Of a stretch of 64,000 nucleotides of DNA, positions 38,003-47,406 are shown one piece after another. The translations under genes were made by a program, and so were the position numbers. The first letter of the stretch is position 1; every line of letters begins with the position of its first letter. The stretch comes from Pyrinomonadaceae bacterium (GTDB lineage Bacteria; Acidobacteriota; Blastocatellia; Pyrinomonadales; Pyrinomonadaceae), in the NCBI GenBank assembly GCA_051002775.1, contig JBPCLZ010000001.1, positions 13,016-77,015 on the forward strand, in the 5' to 3' direction. The notes below the pieces were generated by a model, which saw nothing but the letters and a program-made list of their open reading frames with translations, had not been told where the DNA came from and did no database searches.

Positions 38003-39096
38003 AAAATATTTCCCGGATTCAGATCACAATTGTGGTTGCGCTCTTGGTGAGCTTCGGCGCCGCTTGCGGAAAACGCCGGCCTCCTTTGCCGCCGACCGAA
38101 CGCGTGCAACAGCGAACGGAATCGCTTTCCGGAATTCAGCGAGGTAACCAGGTGATCCTGAGTTGGCCGGCGCCGCTGCGAAATGCGCCCGATGCGAGTG
38201 TGCAAAGCATTCGCCGCATCGACGTCTACCGGTTAGCAGAGAAACCGCGGGCAACGCTTGCCCTGACCGAAGAAGAATTCGCCGCTAGATCCACACTGAT
38301 TGGTTCAGTTACTTACGACGAGATCAAAAGCGCGGGCGATACGCTCACCTACACCGACAACCTGGAACTTGCTGGCGAACCTGCTCGCCTGCGTTACGCG
38401 GTTCGTTACGTCAATGCAGCGGGCCAACGCGCGGCCTTTTCAAACTTCCTATTGCTCGAACCTGCGGCGCGAGTGGCCAAACCACCTACGTTGATCGCGA
38501 CTGGTAAAGAAATTAGTGAAGGGGCCATTACAATTTCCTGGCAGGCCCCTACCGAAAATATCGATGGTTCCACTCCGGTGAATCAGCTCGGCTACAACGT
38601 CTATCGGGTTGCGGAATCAGAAAGCGAAGTCAACCCGGCTCCCATAAACACCGCCCTCGTCGCCGGCACTCGGTACATCGATCAAAACTTCAAGTTCGGC
38701 GAAACCTATCGTTATATCGTGCGTTCAGTGTCGCTTGGTACCGAAGGTGGGCAGGTTGAGAGTCTTAACTCCAACTCAATAACGGTTTCGCCGAAGGACG
38801 TGTTTGCACCGTCAGCCCCGGCTTCAATAACCGTGGCCGCGGCACCCGGCCGGCTTTCAATATTCTTCCCGGCGAATCCTGAAGGTGACGTAGCTGGATA
38901 TAACATTTATCGCTCAACGGATCCTGACCTGCCGAAGAGTCAATGGACAAAACTTAATGCCGCGCTCTTGACACGAACCACGTTCCAGGATGAAAAGGTG
39001 GAACCGGGAAAACGCTATCACTACTATCTGACTGCGGTTGATACAGCGGGCAATGTCAGTGGCGAATCGGAAGTCGTATCCGAGGTGGTCCCGTAA
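37999..39096 (+). CDS. Lipoprotein with fibronectin-type-III-like repeats
   Basis: 365 aa, GTG start overlapping the hslU stop (GTGA). Signal peptide plus lipobox (LVSFGAAC). Repeated ..ISWQAP...GYNVYR.. / ..GYNIYRS.. beta-sandwich signatures. Confidence 0.65.
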   Translation: MKNISRIQITIVVALLVSFGAACGKRRPPLPPTERVQQRTESLSGIQRGNQVILSWPAPLRNAPDASVQSIRRIDVYRLAEKPRATLALTEEEFAARSTLIGSVTYDEIKSAGDTLTYTDNLELAGEPARLRYAVRYVNAAGQRAAFSNFLLLEPAARVAKPPTLIATGKEISEGAITISWQAPTENIDGSTPVNQLGYNVYRVAESESEVNPAPINTALVAGTRYIDQNFKFGETYRYIVRSVSLGTEGGQVESLNSNSITVSPKDVFAPSAPASITVAAAPGRLSIFFPANPEGDVAGYNIYRSTDPDLPKSQWTKLNAALLTRTTFQDEKVEPGKRYHYYLTAVDTAGNVSGESEVVSEVVP

Positions 39097-39100
39097 CACG

Positions 39101-39868
39101 ATGAAACTTTGTCGCATCAAGCACGAGAGTTTTGCGGGTGTACGCAGTGGATTCTTAGAGGATACGAAGGTCCGGCTGCTGGCGGAAAACGCGAACTTTG
39201 AAAACTCCGGCTTTGAACGCTCACACTCAGTTTCGCTTTCGTCAGCGACTTTTTTAGCTCCAGTCATACCTTCAAAAATCGTTTGCGTTGGGCGCAACTA
39301 CCGGGAGCATGCGGCTGAGCTCGGAAATAAAATGCCCGACGAGCCACTGCTTTTTCTCAAAGCGCCAACGGCTGTCATCGGGAACGGCGGCTGCATTGAG
39401 TTGCCTGGCGCCTCGCAGCAAGTAGAGCACGAAGGCGAGCTGGGAGTGGTTATCGCAAAGCAAGCGCATAAACTTTCGCCCGACGACGATCCGCTCAATT
39501 ATGTCCTGGGTTACACCTGTGTGAATGATGTTACAGCCCGCGACCTGCAGCGCAAGGACGTGCAGTTTACGCGAGCGAAATCCTTCGACACGTTTTGTCC
39601 GGTGGGACCATGGATCGAGACTGAGTTGGATCCTTTAGAACTAACGGTTAAGACCCGCGTTAACGGCGTCGAAAAACAAAGCGGACGCACCGCCGACATG
39701 GCGTTTTCAGTTCCCTTTCTCATCCGCTACATCGCAAATATCATGACCCTGTTGCCTGGAGATTTGATTGTTACCGGCACGCCGGCCGGCGTTTCGCAGT
39801 TGAATAGTGGCGATACCGTTGAAGTGGAAATAGATGGTGTTGGAATTTTGCATAACAGTGTGCGCTGA
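39101..39868 (+). CDS. Fumarylacetoacetate hydrolase (FAH) family protein
   Basis: KIVCVGRNYREHAAELGN..P.EPLLFLKAP..V......I.LP......EHEGELGVVI...; GTPAGV. I moved the start to ATG 39101 (MKLCRIK..), which removes the overlap with the upstream gene. Confidence 0.85.
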   Translation: MKLCRIKHESFAGVRSGFLEDTKVRLLAENANFENSGFERSHSVSLSSATFLAPVIPSKIVCVGRNYREHAAELGNKMPDEPLLFLKAPTAVIGNGGCIELPGASQQVEHEGELGVVIAKQAHKLSPDDDPLNYVLGYTCVNDVTARDLQRKDVQFTRAKSFDTFCPVGPWIETELDPLELTVKTRVNGVEKQSGRTADMAFSVPFLIRYIANIMTLLPGDLIVTGTPAGVSQLNSGDTVEVEIDGVGILHNSVR

Positions 39869-39956
39869 GCAAGGCGGGTGACCGGCTTCATGTAGTGGTG
39901 GTTCGCGGGCGGACTAATTACTGTAGTCTTCTAGCATTAATGCATCGGAGGTTTTT

Positions 39957-40607
39957 ATGAAGTTTTTTCTTGATACTGCCAACCTTGATGAAATTCGCGA
40001 GGCCGCAGCGTTTGGCATTGCCGACGGTGTGACAACGAATCCATCGCTAATCGCCAAAGAAGGCGACGTGGATTTTAAGGAGCATATCGCCGCGATCTGC
40101 CAAATCGTTAGCGGCCCGGTTTCTGCCGAATGCACCAGCGAAGAAACCGAAGGCATGCTGCAACAAGGCCGCGAGTACGCGAAGATAGCGCCTAACGTTG
40201 TCATCAAATGTCCGCTGACGCGCGCCGGCCTGAAGGCGACCAAGCAGTTGTCGAGTGAAGGGATCAAGGTGAACGTCACGCTCTGCTTCTCGGCGGCCCA
40301 GGCAATAATGGCCGCGAAAGCCGGCGCCTCATTCATCAGTCCTTTTCTCGGGCGGCTCGATGATATTGGCGAGAATGGTCTGGTGTTGCTTCAGGACATC
40401 ATCGACATTTACCGCAACTACACTTGGAAGACGGAAGTGTTGGCCGCCAGCATGCGCCACCCGATTCATGTGATTGAGGCGGCGCGCATGGGCGCCGACA
40501 TCGCAACCATGCCCTTCAAAGTGATCGATCAATTATTCAACCACCCCTTGACTGATAAAGGGCAGGCGCAGTTTCTCGCTGACTGGCACAAAAGCGGAAG
40601 AAAGTAG
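39957..40607 (+). CDS. tal: Fructose-6-phosphate aldolase / short-type transaldolase
   Basis: 216 aa. [36 protein letters not shown]...VIKCP.T..GL.A...[13 protein letters not shown]. Confidence 0.9.
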   Translation: MKFFLDTANLDEIREAAAFGIADGVTTNPSLIAKEGDVDFKEHIAAICQIVSGPVSAECTSEETEGMLQQGREYAKIAPNVVIKCPLTRAGLKATKQLSSEGIKVNVTLCFSAAQAIMAAKAGASFISPFLGRLDDIGENGLVLLQDIIDIYRNYTWKTEVLAASMRHPIHVIEAARMGADIATMPFKVIDQLFNHPLTDKGQAQFLADWHKSGRK

Positions 40608-40678
40608 TTTCAAAGCCTCTGATTGAAGTTCGGACATTCAAATTCAATGGCCAGTTACATCGAACCTGGCATGCTGAG

Positions 40679-41083
40679 TTGCTACGTCAGGAAGGCTCGT
40701 TGCTGCTCCTCGATGGACATTTTGATGCGAAGATAGAACACGATTTACTCGGAACAATCGCCAGCGGAACACATAGTCTTGAGTACTACTGGCTGGATCG
40801 TTGGTACAATGTGTTTCGTTTTTCGCAACCGGACGGCGAGCTGAGAAACTATTACTGCAACATCAATGTACCGCCAACTTTTGATGGCAAGCTTCTGAGT
40901 TATGTAGACCTGGACCTGGACATTCTGGTTGCGCCGGATTTTTCTTATCAGATACTTGACGCGGAAGAGTTCGAACACAACGCTGAACTTTACCGTTACG
41001 ATGACGAAGTTCGGGCCAATGCAAAGCTCGCTGTGGAAGAATTAGTCGGGATGATTGAAAAACGTGTTTTTCCGTTCAGTTAG
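40679..41083 (+). CDS. DUF402 domain protein (nucleoside di/triphosphatase-like); annotated from the first canonical start, but homology continues upstream
   Basis: ..YWLDRWYNVFRFSQPDGELRNYYCNINVP......LSYVDLDLDILV.PD..YQILDAEEF. The in-frame upstream codons (40622-40678) read IEVRTFKFNGQLHRTWHAEL, which is typical of the DUF402 N-terminus but has no ATG/GTG/TTG. Confidence 0.7.
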   Translation: MLRQEGSLLLLDGHFDAKIEHDLLGTIASGTHSLEYYWLDRWYNVFRFSQPDGELRNYYCNINVPPTFDGKLLSYVDLDLDILVAPDFSYQILDAEEFEHNAELYRYDDEVRANAKLAVEELVGMIEKRVFPFS

Positions 41084-41131
41084 TGGCATAGGCTTTAGCC
41101 TGTGTTTTGGCGCGGCCGCACAGACTAAGGG
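41083..41131. repeat. Repeat family D segment (GTGGCATAGGCTTTAGCCTGTG ... GCACAGACTAAGGG)
   Basis: Matches 41362-41442 and 61764-61900. Flanks family C copy 2. Confidence 0.7.
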
Positions 41132-41136
41132 AAGCT

Positions 41137-41355
41137 CTGATCAAGTGGCTTCGACGCGTAGCGTCGGCGTGAATTTAGCCCGGTCTTTCAAGGCCGGGAA
41201 GAAGAGTCAACAAACTAGGCAGCGTCGCGTTAGCGACGCATGAAAAGGGGCAGATTCAATCGTCGCTACCGACGAGGATCGCCATGACCTGGTCCCGGCG
41301 TTAAAACACCGGGCTAAATTCATACCGACGCTACGCGTCGAGGACACTTGATCAG
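41137..41355. mobile_element. Family C MITE-like element, copy 2
   Basis: Aligns end to end with 17563-17782, with scattered substitutions and the same terminal inverted repeats. Confidence 0.8.
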
Positions 41356-41361
41356 ACGTTC

Positions 41362-41442
41362 CTAAGGTCTAGCCACAATGATTAGCCACAGGCTTTAGCT
41401 TGTGTCCTTTGCAGGGGGAAGCACAGACTAAGTCTATGCTAC
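41362..41442. repeat. Repeat family D segment
   Basis: CTAAGGTCTAGCCAC..GCCACAGGCTTTAGCTTGTG..GCACAGACTAAGTCTATGCTAC. Confidence 0.7.
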
Positions 41443-41452
41443 TTTCATAAGA

Positions 41453-43024
41453 ATGACCTCTAAACAACAACCCAAACAATCTAAGTCCAAGCTCGACCTG
41501 CTCAAGGAGCGTTCACGTAAAGCTGAAGCCGGCGGTGGCGCAGGACGCGTGGAAAAGCAGCATGCGGCAAACAAGCTGACGGCGCGAGAACGGGTCGAGT
41601 TTTTGCTTGATGACGGAACTTTTGAAGAGTTTGACAAGTTTGTGGTCCATCGCTCGAAAGATTTCGGCATGGAGGAACAAGTTTATCCAGGCGATGGCGT
41701 TGTTACCGGGCACGGACTAATTGACGGTCGCAAGGTTTTTGTTTTCGCCCAGGACTTCACTATTTTTGGTGGTTCTCTCTCGGAAACGCACGCGGAAAAG
41801 ATTTGTAAGGTGATGGATTTGGCGATGAAGGTTGGCGCACCTATCGTCGGACTCAACGATTCCGGCGGCGCGCGTATTCAGGAAGGCGTGGTCAGCCTCG
41901 GTGGTTACGCCGACATCTTTCTGCGCAACACACTGGCCAGCGGCGTCGTGCCGCAGATTAGTTGCATCCTTGGCCCATGCGCGGGCGGCGCAGTTTATAG
42001 TCCGGCAATCACCGACTTCAACATCATGGTGAAGGACACGTCCTACATGTTCATCACCGGTCCCGACGTCATAAAGACCGTGACGCACCAGGAAGTAACG
42101 AAAGAAGAGCTGGGCGGCGCGATGACTCACAACCGCATCTCGGGTGTGGCTCATTTTGCGGCCGACTCAGACGAACACGCACTGCAAGTGGTGCGCGAGC
42201 TGCTTTCGTTCATGCCCTCAAACAACCTTGACGATGCGCCGCGCCTGGTGCCGACCGATGCACCGGACAGGACGGAGGAAAAACTAAACACCATTGTGCC
42301 GGCGGCTTCGAATCAGCCTTACGATATTCGCGAAGTGATTACAGCTGTCGTTGATGAAGGTTACTTCTTTGAAGTACAGCAACATCATGCGCCAAATATT
42401 TGCGTGGGTTTTGCACGGCTTGATGGGCGTCCGGTGGGAATCGTTGCCAACCAACCGGCGTTTTTGGCCGGGGTGTTGGACATCGATGCTTCTGTGAAAG
42501 GCGCGCGCTTTGTGCGTTTTTGCGACTGTTTCAATATTCCGCTAGTGGTATTCGAAGATGTGCCCGGTTTTTTGCCCGGCGTTTCTCAGGAGCACGGCGG
42601 CATCATTCGCCACGGAGCGAAGTTACTTTATGCGTTTGCCGAAGCGACGGTACCGAAGCTGACGGTGATAACTCGGAAAGCTTATGGCGGCGCCTATTGC
42701 GTGATGGCTTCGAAGCATATTCGTACTGATGTCAACTTCGCCTGGCCCTCAGCAGAAATAGCGGTTATGGGACCGGAGGGCGCGGTCGGTGTGTTGTATC
42801 GAAGAGAGATTAATGAGGCGAAAGATAAAGAGGCTGCGCGACGTTCACGAATTCTTGAGTTGGAAGATAAGTTTGCAAATCCCTATGTCGCGGCCGAGCG
42901 TGGCTTTGTCGATGAAGTAATCGAACCTGCATTTACCAGACCCAAACTCATTCGCGCGCTATCGCTGCTGGAGAACAAGCGCGAGACGAACCCGCCCAGG
43001 AAGCACGGCAACATTCCGCTCTAA
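41453..43024 (+). CDS. Acyl-CoA carboxylase carboxyltransferase beta subunit (propionyl-CoA carboxylase beta / methylmalonyl-CoA carboxyltransferase 12S type)
   Basis: 523 aa. ..[21 protein letters not shown]...[25 protein letters not shown]....A.KI.KVMDLA...[15 protein letters not shown]. Confidence 0.9.
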   Translation: MTSKQQPKQSKSKLDLLKERSRKAEAGGGAGRVEKQHAANKLTARERVEFLLDDGTFEEFDKFVVHRSKDFGMEEQVYPGDGVVTGHGLIDGRKVFVFAQDFTIFGGSLSETHAEKICKVMDLAMKVGAPIVGLNDSGGARIQEGVVSLGGYADIFLRNTLASGVVPQISCILGPCAGGAVYSPAITDFNIMVKDTSYMFITGPDVIKTVTHQEVTKEELGGAMTHNRISGVAHFAADSDEHALQVVRELLSFMPSNNLDDAPRLVPTDAPDRTEEKLNTIVPAASNQPYDIREVITAVVDEGYFFEVQQHHAPNICVGFARLDGRPVGIVANQPAFLAGVLDIDASVKGARFVRFCDCFNIPLVVFEDVPGFLPGVSQEHGGIIRHGAKLLYAFAEATVPKLTVITRKAYGGAYCVMASKHIRTDVNFAWPSAEIAVMGPEGAVGVLYRREINEAKDKEAARRSRILELEDKFANPYVAAERGFVDEVIEPAFTRPKLIRALSLLENKRETNPPRKHGNIPL

Positions 43025-43112
43025 GTCTCGCTTCTCCCCGTAAATGCTCAGCAATTTTTCTTTCGGCTTCGGCAATAGTTGTTTCTACCGAAAGTTCCTG
43101 GTTGTCTGATCC

Positions 43113-43575
43113 TTATTGCTTGTCAATCTTCCTTTCGGGGTTTTTTAAGTAACCCTCAATTCCCTTTATCAAACGAGCCATGTCCTTGTGAAAGTCCGGA
43201 TCAGGGCGCACCGGAATCCCATTGCGGTACACGAGCGACTGAAGTACCTCAGGCAGATCATCCGGGGCCGGCAAAGTTGCCCCTTGCACCAGCACCACCG
43301 GAATGTCACGCTTAAGCGCGGCCTCAATTTCAATGCGGACGAAATCTCGGACATCATTGAGGCGACGTTGCTCTTTGTTTGCGTCTAACCATTGCCGGCC
43401 AATAATCGCAAGGACTACATCACACTGGCCCACTGACTCGCCCAGGTGTTTTCTAAAGTCAACACCCAACGGAATTGAGTCGACATCCTTGAATACTGAC
43501 CGTTCGCCGAACCGCTGACAAAGTCGATCGTAGATTCGACCGGTGACATCGATGCTGTCAACTAATCACCAACAT
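43113..43575 (-). pseudogene. Small TIR-domain protein gene with a 5'-proximal frameshift
   Basis: ATG at 43575 reads MLVIS then TGA. Shifted by one frame, the sequence continues DSIDVTGRIYDRLCQRFGERSVFKDVDSIPLGVDFRKHLGESVGQCDVVLAIIG..W...DFVRIEIEAAL.RDIPVVLVQGA.LP. That is a bacterial TIR_2-like layout. The track ORF (43113-43469) starts at an internal TTG. Confidence 0.55.
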
Positions 43576-43586
43576 CAGGTATTGGA

Positions 43587-44075
43587 TCATTCGCCGTCAT
43601 AGGCTCGTCTTAGTATTGCTATGTCGATTTTCTTCATTTGCAGCATGGCCTCCATTACACGTTGTGCTTTCTGCGGGTCTTTGTCTCCCAGCATCTCAAT
43701 TAGAACCCGGGGAGTGATCTGCCATGACAAACCGTACTTGTCTTTGAGCCAGGAGCATTGCGACTCTTGTCCACCATCCGCAGTCAGTTTCCCCCAAAAG
43801 TAGTCAACTTCTTCCTGTGTCTCGCAATCGACGACGAAGGATACGGCTTCGGTAAATTTGAAATGAGGCCCGCCGTTTATGGCTGAAAAGTTCTGTCCCT
43901 CGAGTTGAAACTCCATGGTCATCACCGAACCCTCCGGTCTACCGGCAGCTTTGGAGCTTGCCTCGTCATAGCGCGTAACTTTCCCGACCTTCGAATTCTT
44001 GAAAATAGAGACGTAAAAGTTCACAGCCTCTTCAGCATTGTTATCGAACCATAGGAATGGCGTGATTTTTTGCAT
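43587..44075 (-). CDS. VOC-superfamily protein (PhnB / 3-demethylubiquinone-9 methyltransferase-domain-like)
   Basis: 162 aa. MQKITPFLWFDNNAEEAVNFYVSIFKNSKV....Y........G.V....F.L.GQ.F.A.NGGP.F.F. Confidence 0.8.
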   Translation of the reverse strand: MQKITPFLWFDNNAEEAVNFYVSIFKNSKVGKVTRYDEASSKAAGRPEGSVMTMEFQLEGQNFSAINGGPHFKFTEAVSFVVDCETQEEVDYFWGKLTADGGQESQCSWLKDKYGLSWQITPRVLIEMLGDKDPQKAQRVMEAMLQMKKIDIAILRRAYDGE

Positions 44076-44128
44076 TAGGGTTTCTTTTTAGTTTGTTCAC
44101 TTTGTCGAGGTGACGATACCATGGCCGC

Positions 44129-44440
44129 ATGAAAGCCCCGGAGGATACTTTGCCAGATTCCGAATTAGCGGTTCGCGCCGCAAAATTGTGGCCCAACAGA
44201 CAACATGAAGCCAACAGTGTACTGGGTCTACTTTGCCGTGTTGGACTGCATCGCTGGCGTCGCTTGGACCTTAGTGCGCTTGCGCCCGACAAGGACATTC
44301 TTCATTGCTTCTGGTGCTCAAAAGTCAAAGTTGACGGGTGTACGACCCTTAGGGATTCAAACAAAGTTACCACTTGGTTTGCTTTAGCTTCAACCGTTCA
44401 AGTCTTACTTCTTTGCGTAATAGCCCTGGCGGTAGAGTAA
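44129..44440 (+). CDS. Hypothetical small protein (weak)
   Basis: 103-aa ORF in the gap between the divergent VOC gene and the convergent VWA gene. Contains ..GLHRWRR...HCFWCSKVKVDG.. Its 3' end overlaps the VWA gene by 36 nt. Confidence 0.3.
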   Translation: MKAPEDTLPDSELAVRAAKLWPNRQHEANSVLGLLCRVGLHRWRRLDLSALAPDKDILHCFWCSKVKVDGCTTLRDSNKVTTWFALASTVQVLLLCVIALAVE

Positions 44441-45484
44441 TTGTAACTTTTGCTTGCGTAGTTCGGGATTGATGATGTCGATGCGAATGCGGCGATACGA
44501 GGCGTCGCGGGTCTTGTTCGTCGGTGAATAGGCAATGAGGTATTGCGAGCGCAGCTCTTGGTCGATCTGTGAAAAGGCCAGCGCTAGATCGTCCCGCCCC
44601 GCTGGAATAAAGGCACGTCCTCCGGTTTTATCCGAGACTTTCCGTAGAGCTCCCGCATCGAGTTTACCTTCGGGAAAGTCCACGTCGCGAATTCCGATTG
44701 AATAAACTACGACGTCCGATTTTACTGCCAGATCAATGACATCCTGCTTGCCTTTTCGGCTGCTGGTGTCGTCCCCATCCGACAAAAGAATAATTGCGCG
44801 CCGTGTCTTGTCTGGGGCCTTAGCAAGCTGGTCGTGTAAAACGTTCCACATTGCATCCCAAATGCTGGTGTAACCGCTCGGGTCTTCTTCGATTGGTAAG
44901 GGATCCTCACCGGCTGCGAGGCGTCTCTCGTTTTCAGGTGATAACTCCACTCTCACTCGGTCGATTGCCTGTCGCACGCGAGCGGGATCGTTCGTCAGTG
45001 GTTGCTCCAACCGCGCGATCCCGGTAAATGAAACTACTGCAGCACTATCAATGCCCGGCCGAATCACCGCATCCACAAACGCTTTGGCCGCACGCTTCTC
45101 TTCGGCCATCACTCCCTTTTGCGATTCACTCTTGTCGATCAGAATTGCCATCGACAGTGGCCGATCAGTTTCGCGTTGAAACATGGTGACCGTTTGTGGA
45201 GTATCGTTCTCAAAGATGCGCACGTCTTCCGCGCGCAACGTGGTGACAAAGTGGCGGTCTCTATCGACTGCCGTAAACAAAGTATTTACCAGGTCTGTTT
45301 CCACGCGCACCACTTCCGCTTCCGGTTCGGAGTCGCTTACCGGTTTTTGCGATCTTGGAGTTTGGCTGGCGGCGGGAGTTCGCGGTTGTTGGGCATCGGC
45401 TTTGCTCAGCGCAAAAGTCAGCCCACTCGCCGTTATGACAACCGCCAGAAGAATAAGTAGCAGGAAATGAAGTGCGTAGATCAT
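44405..45484 (-). CDS. VWA-domain protein (VWFA-related acidobacterial domain type)
   Basis: 359 aa. N-terminal TM, ..VRVETDLVNTLFTAVDRDRHFVTTLRAEDVRIFENDTPQTV, MIDAS-like ILIDKSES, and a C-terminal ..YLIAYSPTN...D..YRRIRIDI... Confidence 0.8.
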   Translation of the reverse strand: MIYALHFLLLILLAVVITASGLTFALSKADAQQPRTPAASQTPRSQKPVSDSEPEAEVVRVETDLVNTLFTAVDRDRHFVTTLRAEDVRIFENDTPQTVTMFQRETDRPLSMAILIDKSESQKGVMAEEKRAAKAFVDAVIRPGIDSAAVVSFTGIARLEQPLTNDPARVRQAIDRVRVELSPENERRLAAGEDPLPIEEDPSGYTSIWDAMWNVLHDQLAKAPDKTRRAIILLSDGDDTSSRKGKQDVIDLAVKSDVVVYSIGIRDVDFPEGKLDAGALRKVSDKTGGRAFIPAGRDDLALAFSQIDQELRSQYLIAYSPTNKTRDASYRRIRIDIINPELRKQKLQLLYRQGYYAKK

Positions 45485-45509
45485 TTATCGACTTAAGAAT
45501 ATGGAGCGT

Positions 45510-46450
45510 TCACTGTTGTTGTCTGCTCGTTGCAAAGGCAATTAATCGCCGGTTCGGATCGAAATTAATCTTGAAAGGATATAAAGCGGCGCGCCCCAAT
45601 ATCACCGGGGCATCGTCGGCGACGCCGGAGAGAATATCAGTTGGAATGCCGCGCAGCACGAGTTCACCGATGCTGATAGTCGTGGGCGCCACTCGTCGTG
45701 CGTTTACGGTGCCGCCACCTAAATCGAGGCTTGGCACGGTATGCGGCGTCTTGTTGCGGCTGACTACCACTGCCTGGCGATCGCTTACGGCCAATCCAAA
45801 GCGCGATCCAGTATCAAGGAGAGCAACTCTACCGTCGCCCAATTTTACGAAAGGTCGATCGCTATCCCCGCGACGTAGCCATTCAACCGTAGCTACCTCA
45901 ACTGAGGGATAGTTGTTTAATTCGACCGCACCATCGAGAACCCCAATCAGCCCGTTGGGCATATCTATCGAATATCCATTTGGCGCAAACGCATCAGTAG
46001 GGTCGAGAATTCCATCCAGGCCCTGCGGGAGGTAACTAACTATCAAAGCACTTTTACCGGGTGGCAGCGGGTTGTTTTGATAACCAAGTGCCAACGTGTC
46101 GATGGCGGCTTCGCGGTTCGAAGAAGTCGTTGTCCCGCTGAGTCCCCCAATCAGCGTTGGGCGGGTGGGTCTTGTCGTCAGTCCGGCCGCACTGATTTAT
46201 CCGCTGACTAATCACATTCAAACCCGCTCCGGTATCTATCGCAAAAACGTACGGGCCACGCCCATTGATCCATGTGTTTATTAAAAGGCCGTGGTCTCTG
46301 CTCACTCGGAACCGGGCCGGTCGGAACGAAGTTGAACCACGCTGACCTTGAACGCGTTCCAGAGCAAAGAAAAGGGCAGCCCCTGAAACAGGGACTGCCC
46401 ACGCGACTGCTGCCAGAGAGACTCAACACGATCGAGAGTATCGCTCTCAT
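45510..46450 (-). pseudogene. Retropepsin-like (two-DTG) aspartic protease gene interrupted by two frameshifts
   Basis: Three consecutive frames. Frame A: MRAILSIVLS.. (signal). Frame B: ..SLAAVAWAVPVSGAALFFAL...GLLINTWINGRGPYVFAIDTGAGLNVISQRI. Frame C: ISAAGLTTRP...LALGYQNN...VALLDTGS...VILGRAAL. Shift points are at the (CT)3 run at 46415-46420 and the A/T run at 46195-46200. Confidence 0.6.
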
Positions 46451-46475
46451 CTTGCCACATTCTTGAAGCCGTTTG

Positions 46476-47063
46476 CTAGTAGCGTCGGTTCCGATTGCGG
46501 AGCTTATAAGTGTAAAGGGCAGATCCGCCGGCGCCTGCTAGCGCGCCGATTCCGGCACCCTTCTTACCACCGATAATGCCGCCCAGAATCGCACCGCCGC
46601 CCGTGCCCATCGCCACCGTCAGTTTATCGCGGTGCTTCTGCCAGAAACTGCGCTTGCGCGGTTGCTGATAGTCATAGTAAACGCGACGCGAACTGGTTGA
46701 ATTCCGCACGGTTCGACCGCTGTTTCTGTACACCGTGCGAGGCTGGTTATAAAGAACGCCATTCGAGGCTACTTGATTCCCGGAAACTCCTCCTTCGCAC
46801 GCTCGGAATCCGTCAGTGAACCCGGACTTGTAAGCGGTCTGCTCCTGCGTGGTAGCAAACTGCGCCGGAACCGATGACTCGTTCACAGAGGCAGTCGGCT
46901 GATAACGCGCAAACTGCGTGTCTGCGCCAGTCGGGTAGGCCGGAGTAGTGGCCGTCGCAGCTGTAGGCGATTGGTTTTTCGAATGCATTACAAAGGCGCC
47001 CACGGAACCACCAATTAAAGCGGCGACCAGAGCGACTGGTAGCAATTTGTTAGTCATAATCAT
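46476..47063 (-). CDS. Membrane-anchored protein with C-terminal glycine-zipper segment
   Basis: 195 aa. N-terminal TM (LLPVALVAALIGGSVGAFV) and C-terminal GTGGGAILGGIIGGKKGAGIGALAGAGG. Confidence 0.6.
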   Translation of the reverse strand: MIMTNKLLPVALVAALIGGSVGAFVMHSKNQSPTAATATTPAYPTGADTQFARYQPTASVNESSVPAQFATTQEQTAYKSGFTDGFRACEGGVSGNQVASNGVLYNQPRTVYRNSGRTVRNSTSSRRVYYDYQQPRKRSFWQKHRDKLTVAMGTGGGAILGGIIGGKKGAGIGALAGAGGSALYTYKLRNRNRRY

Positions 47064-47346
47064 TAGTTCTATCTCCTTCGCAAATGTGTAGGCGGCGTCT
47101 GACGCTTAGTGTTCAGCAAGATCTATACCTATTAGTTGCACGTTTGCTCTGAAGTCAATATTAGAGCAGGAACCGAAGCACTCAGCTCACGAATCGCGGT
47201 TTTATTACAGTTTCACAACGCAAACTGAATAGTTCACCGTGAGTGCCGAACGTTGCGGAATGAGAAGGGCCGGCTTCGTACCCGATATGGAATTAACCCG
47301 CATGCGAAATCCAACGCGAGACCGGATTACAGAAATCTCAATAGTC

Positions 47347-47375
47347 AAAACAAAAGGCCAGGGGATGCCCTGGCC
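47347..47375 (-). terminator. Rho-independent terminator downstream of the S41 protease gene
   Basis: Minus strand: GGCCAGGGCATCCCCTGGCC followed by TTTTGTTTTG. Confidence 0.7.
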
Positions 47376-47406
47376 TCGTGTATTCTCAAATTACCCGACC
47401 TGATAA

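Noticed and set aside
39038-39100. 21-codon extension of the FAH-family ORF overlapping the lipoprotein gene
   Set aside because: The FAH-family N-terminus (MKLCRIK...) starts at ATG 39101, right after the upstream stop.
47064-47346. Long (~280 nt) leader upstream of the glycine-zipper protein gene as a possible ncRNA
   Set aside because: I could see no conserved motif or convincing structure. It is probably just a promoter and 5' UTR region.
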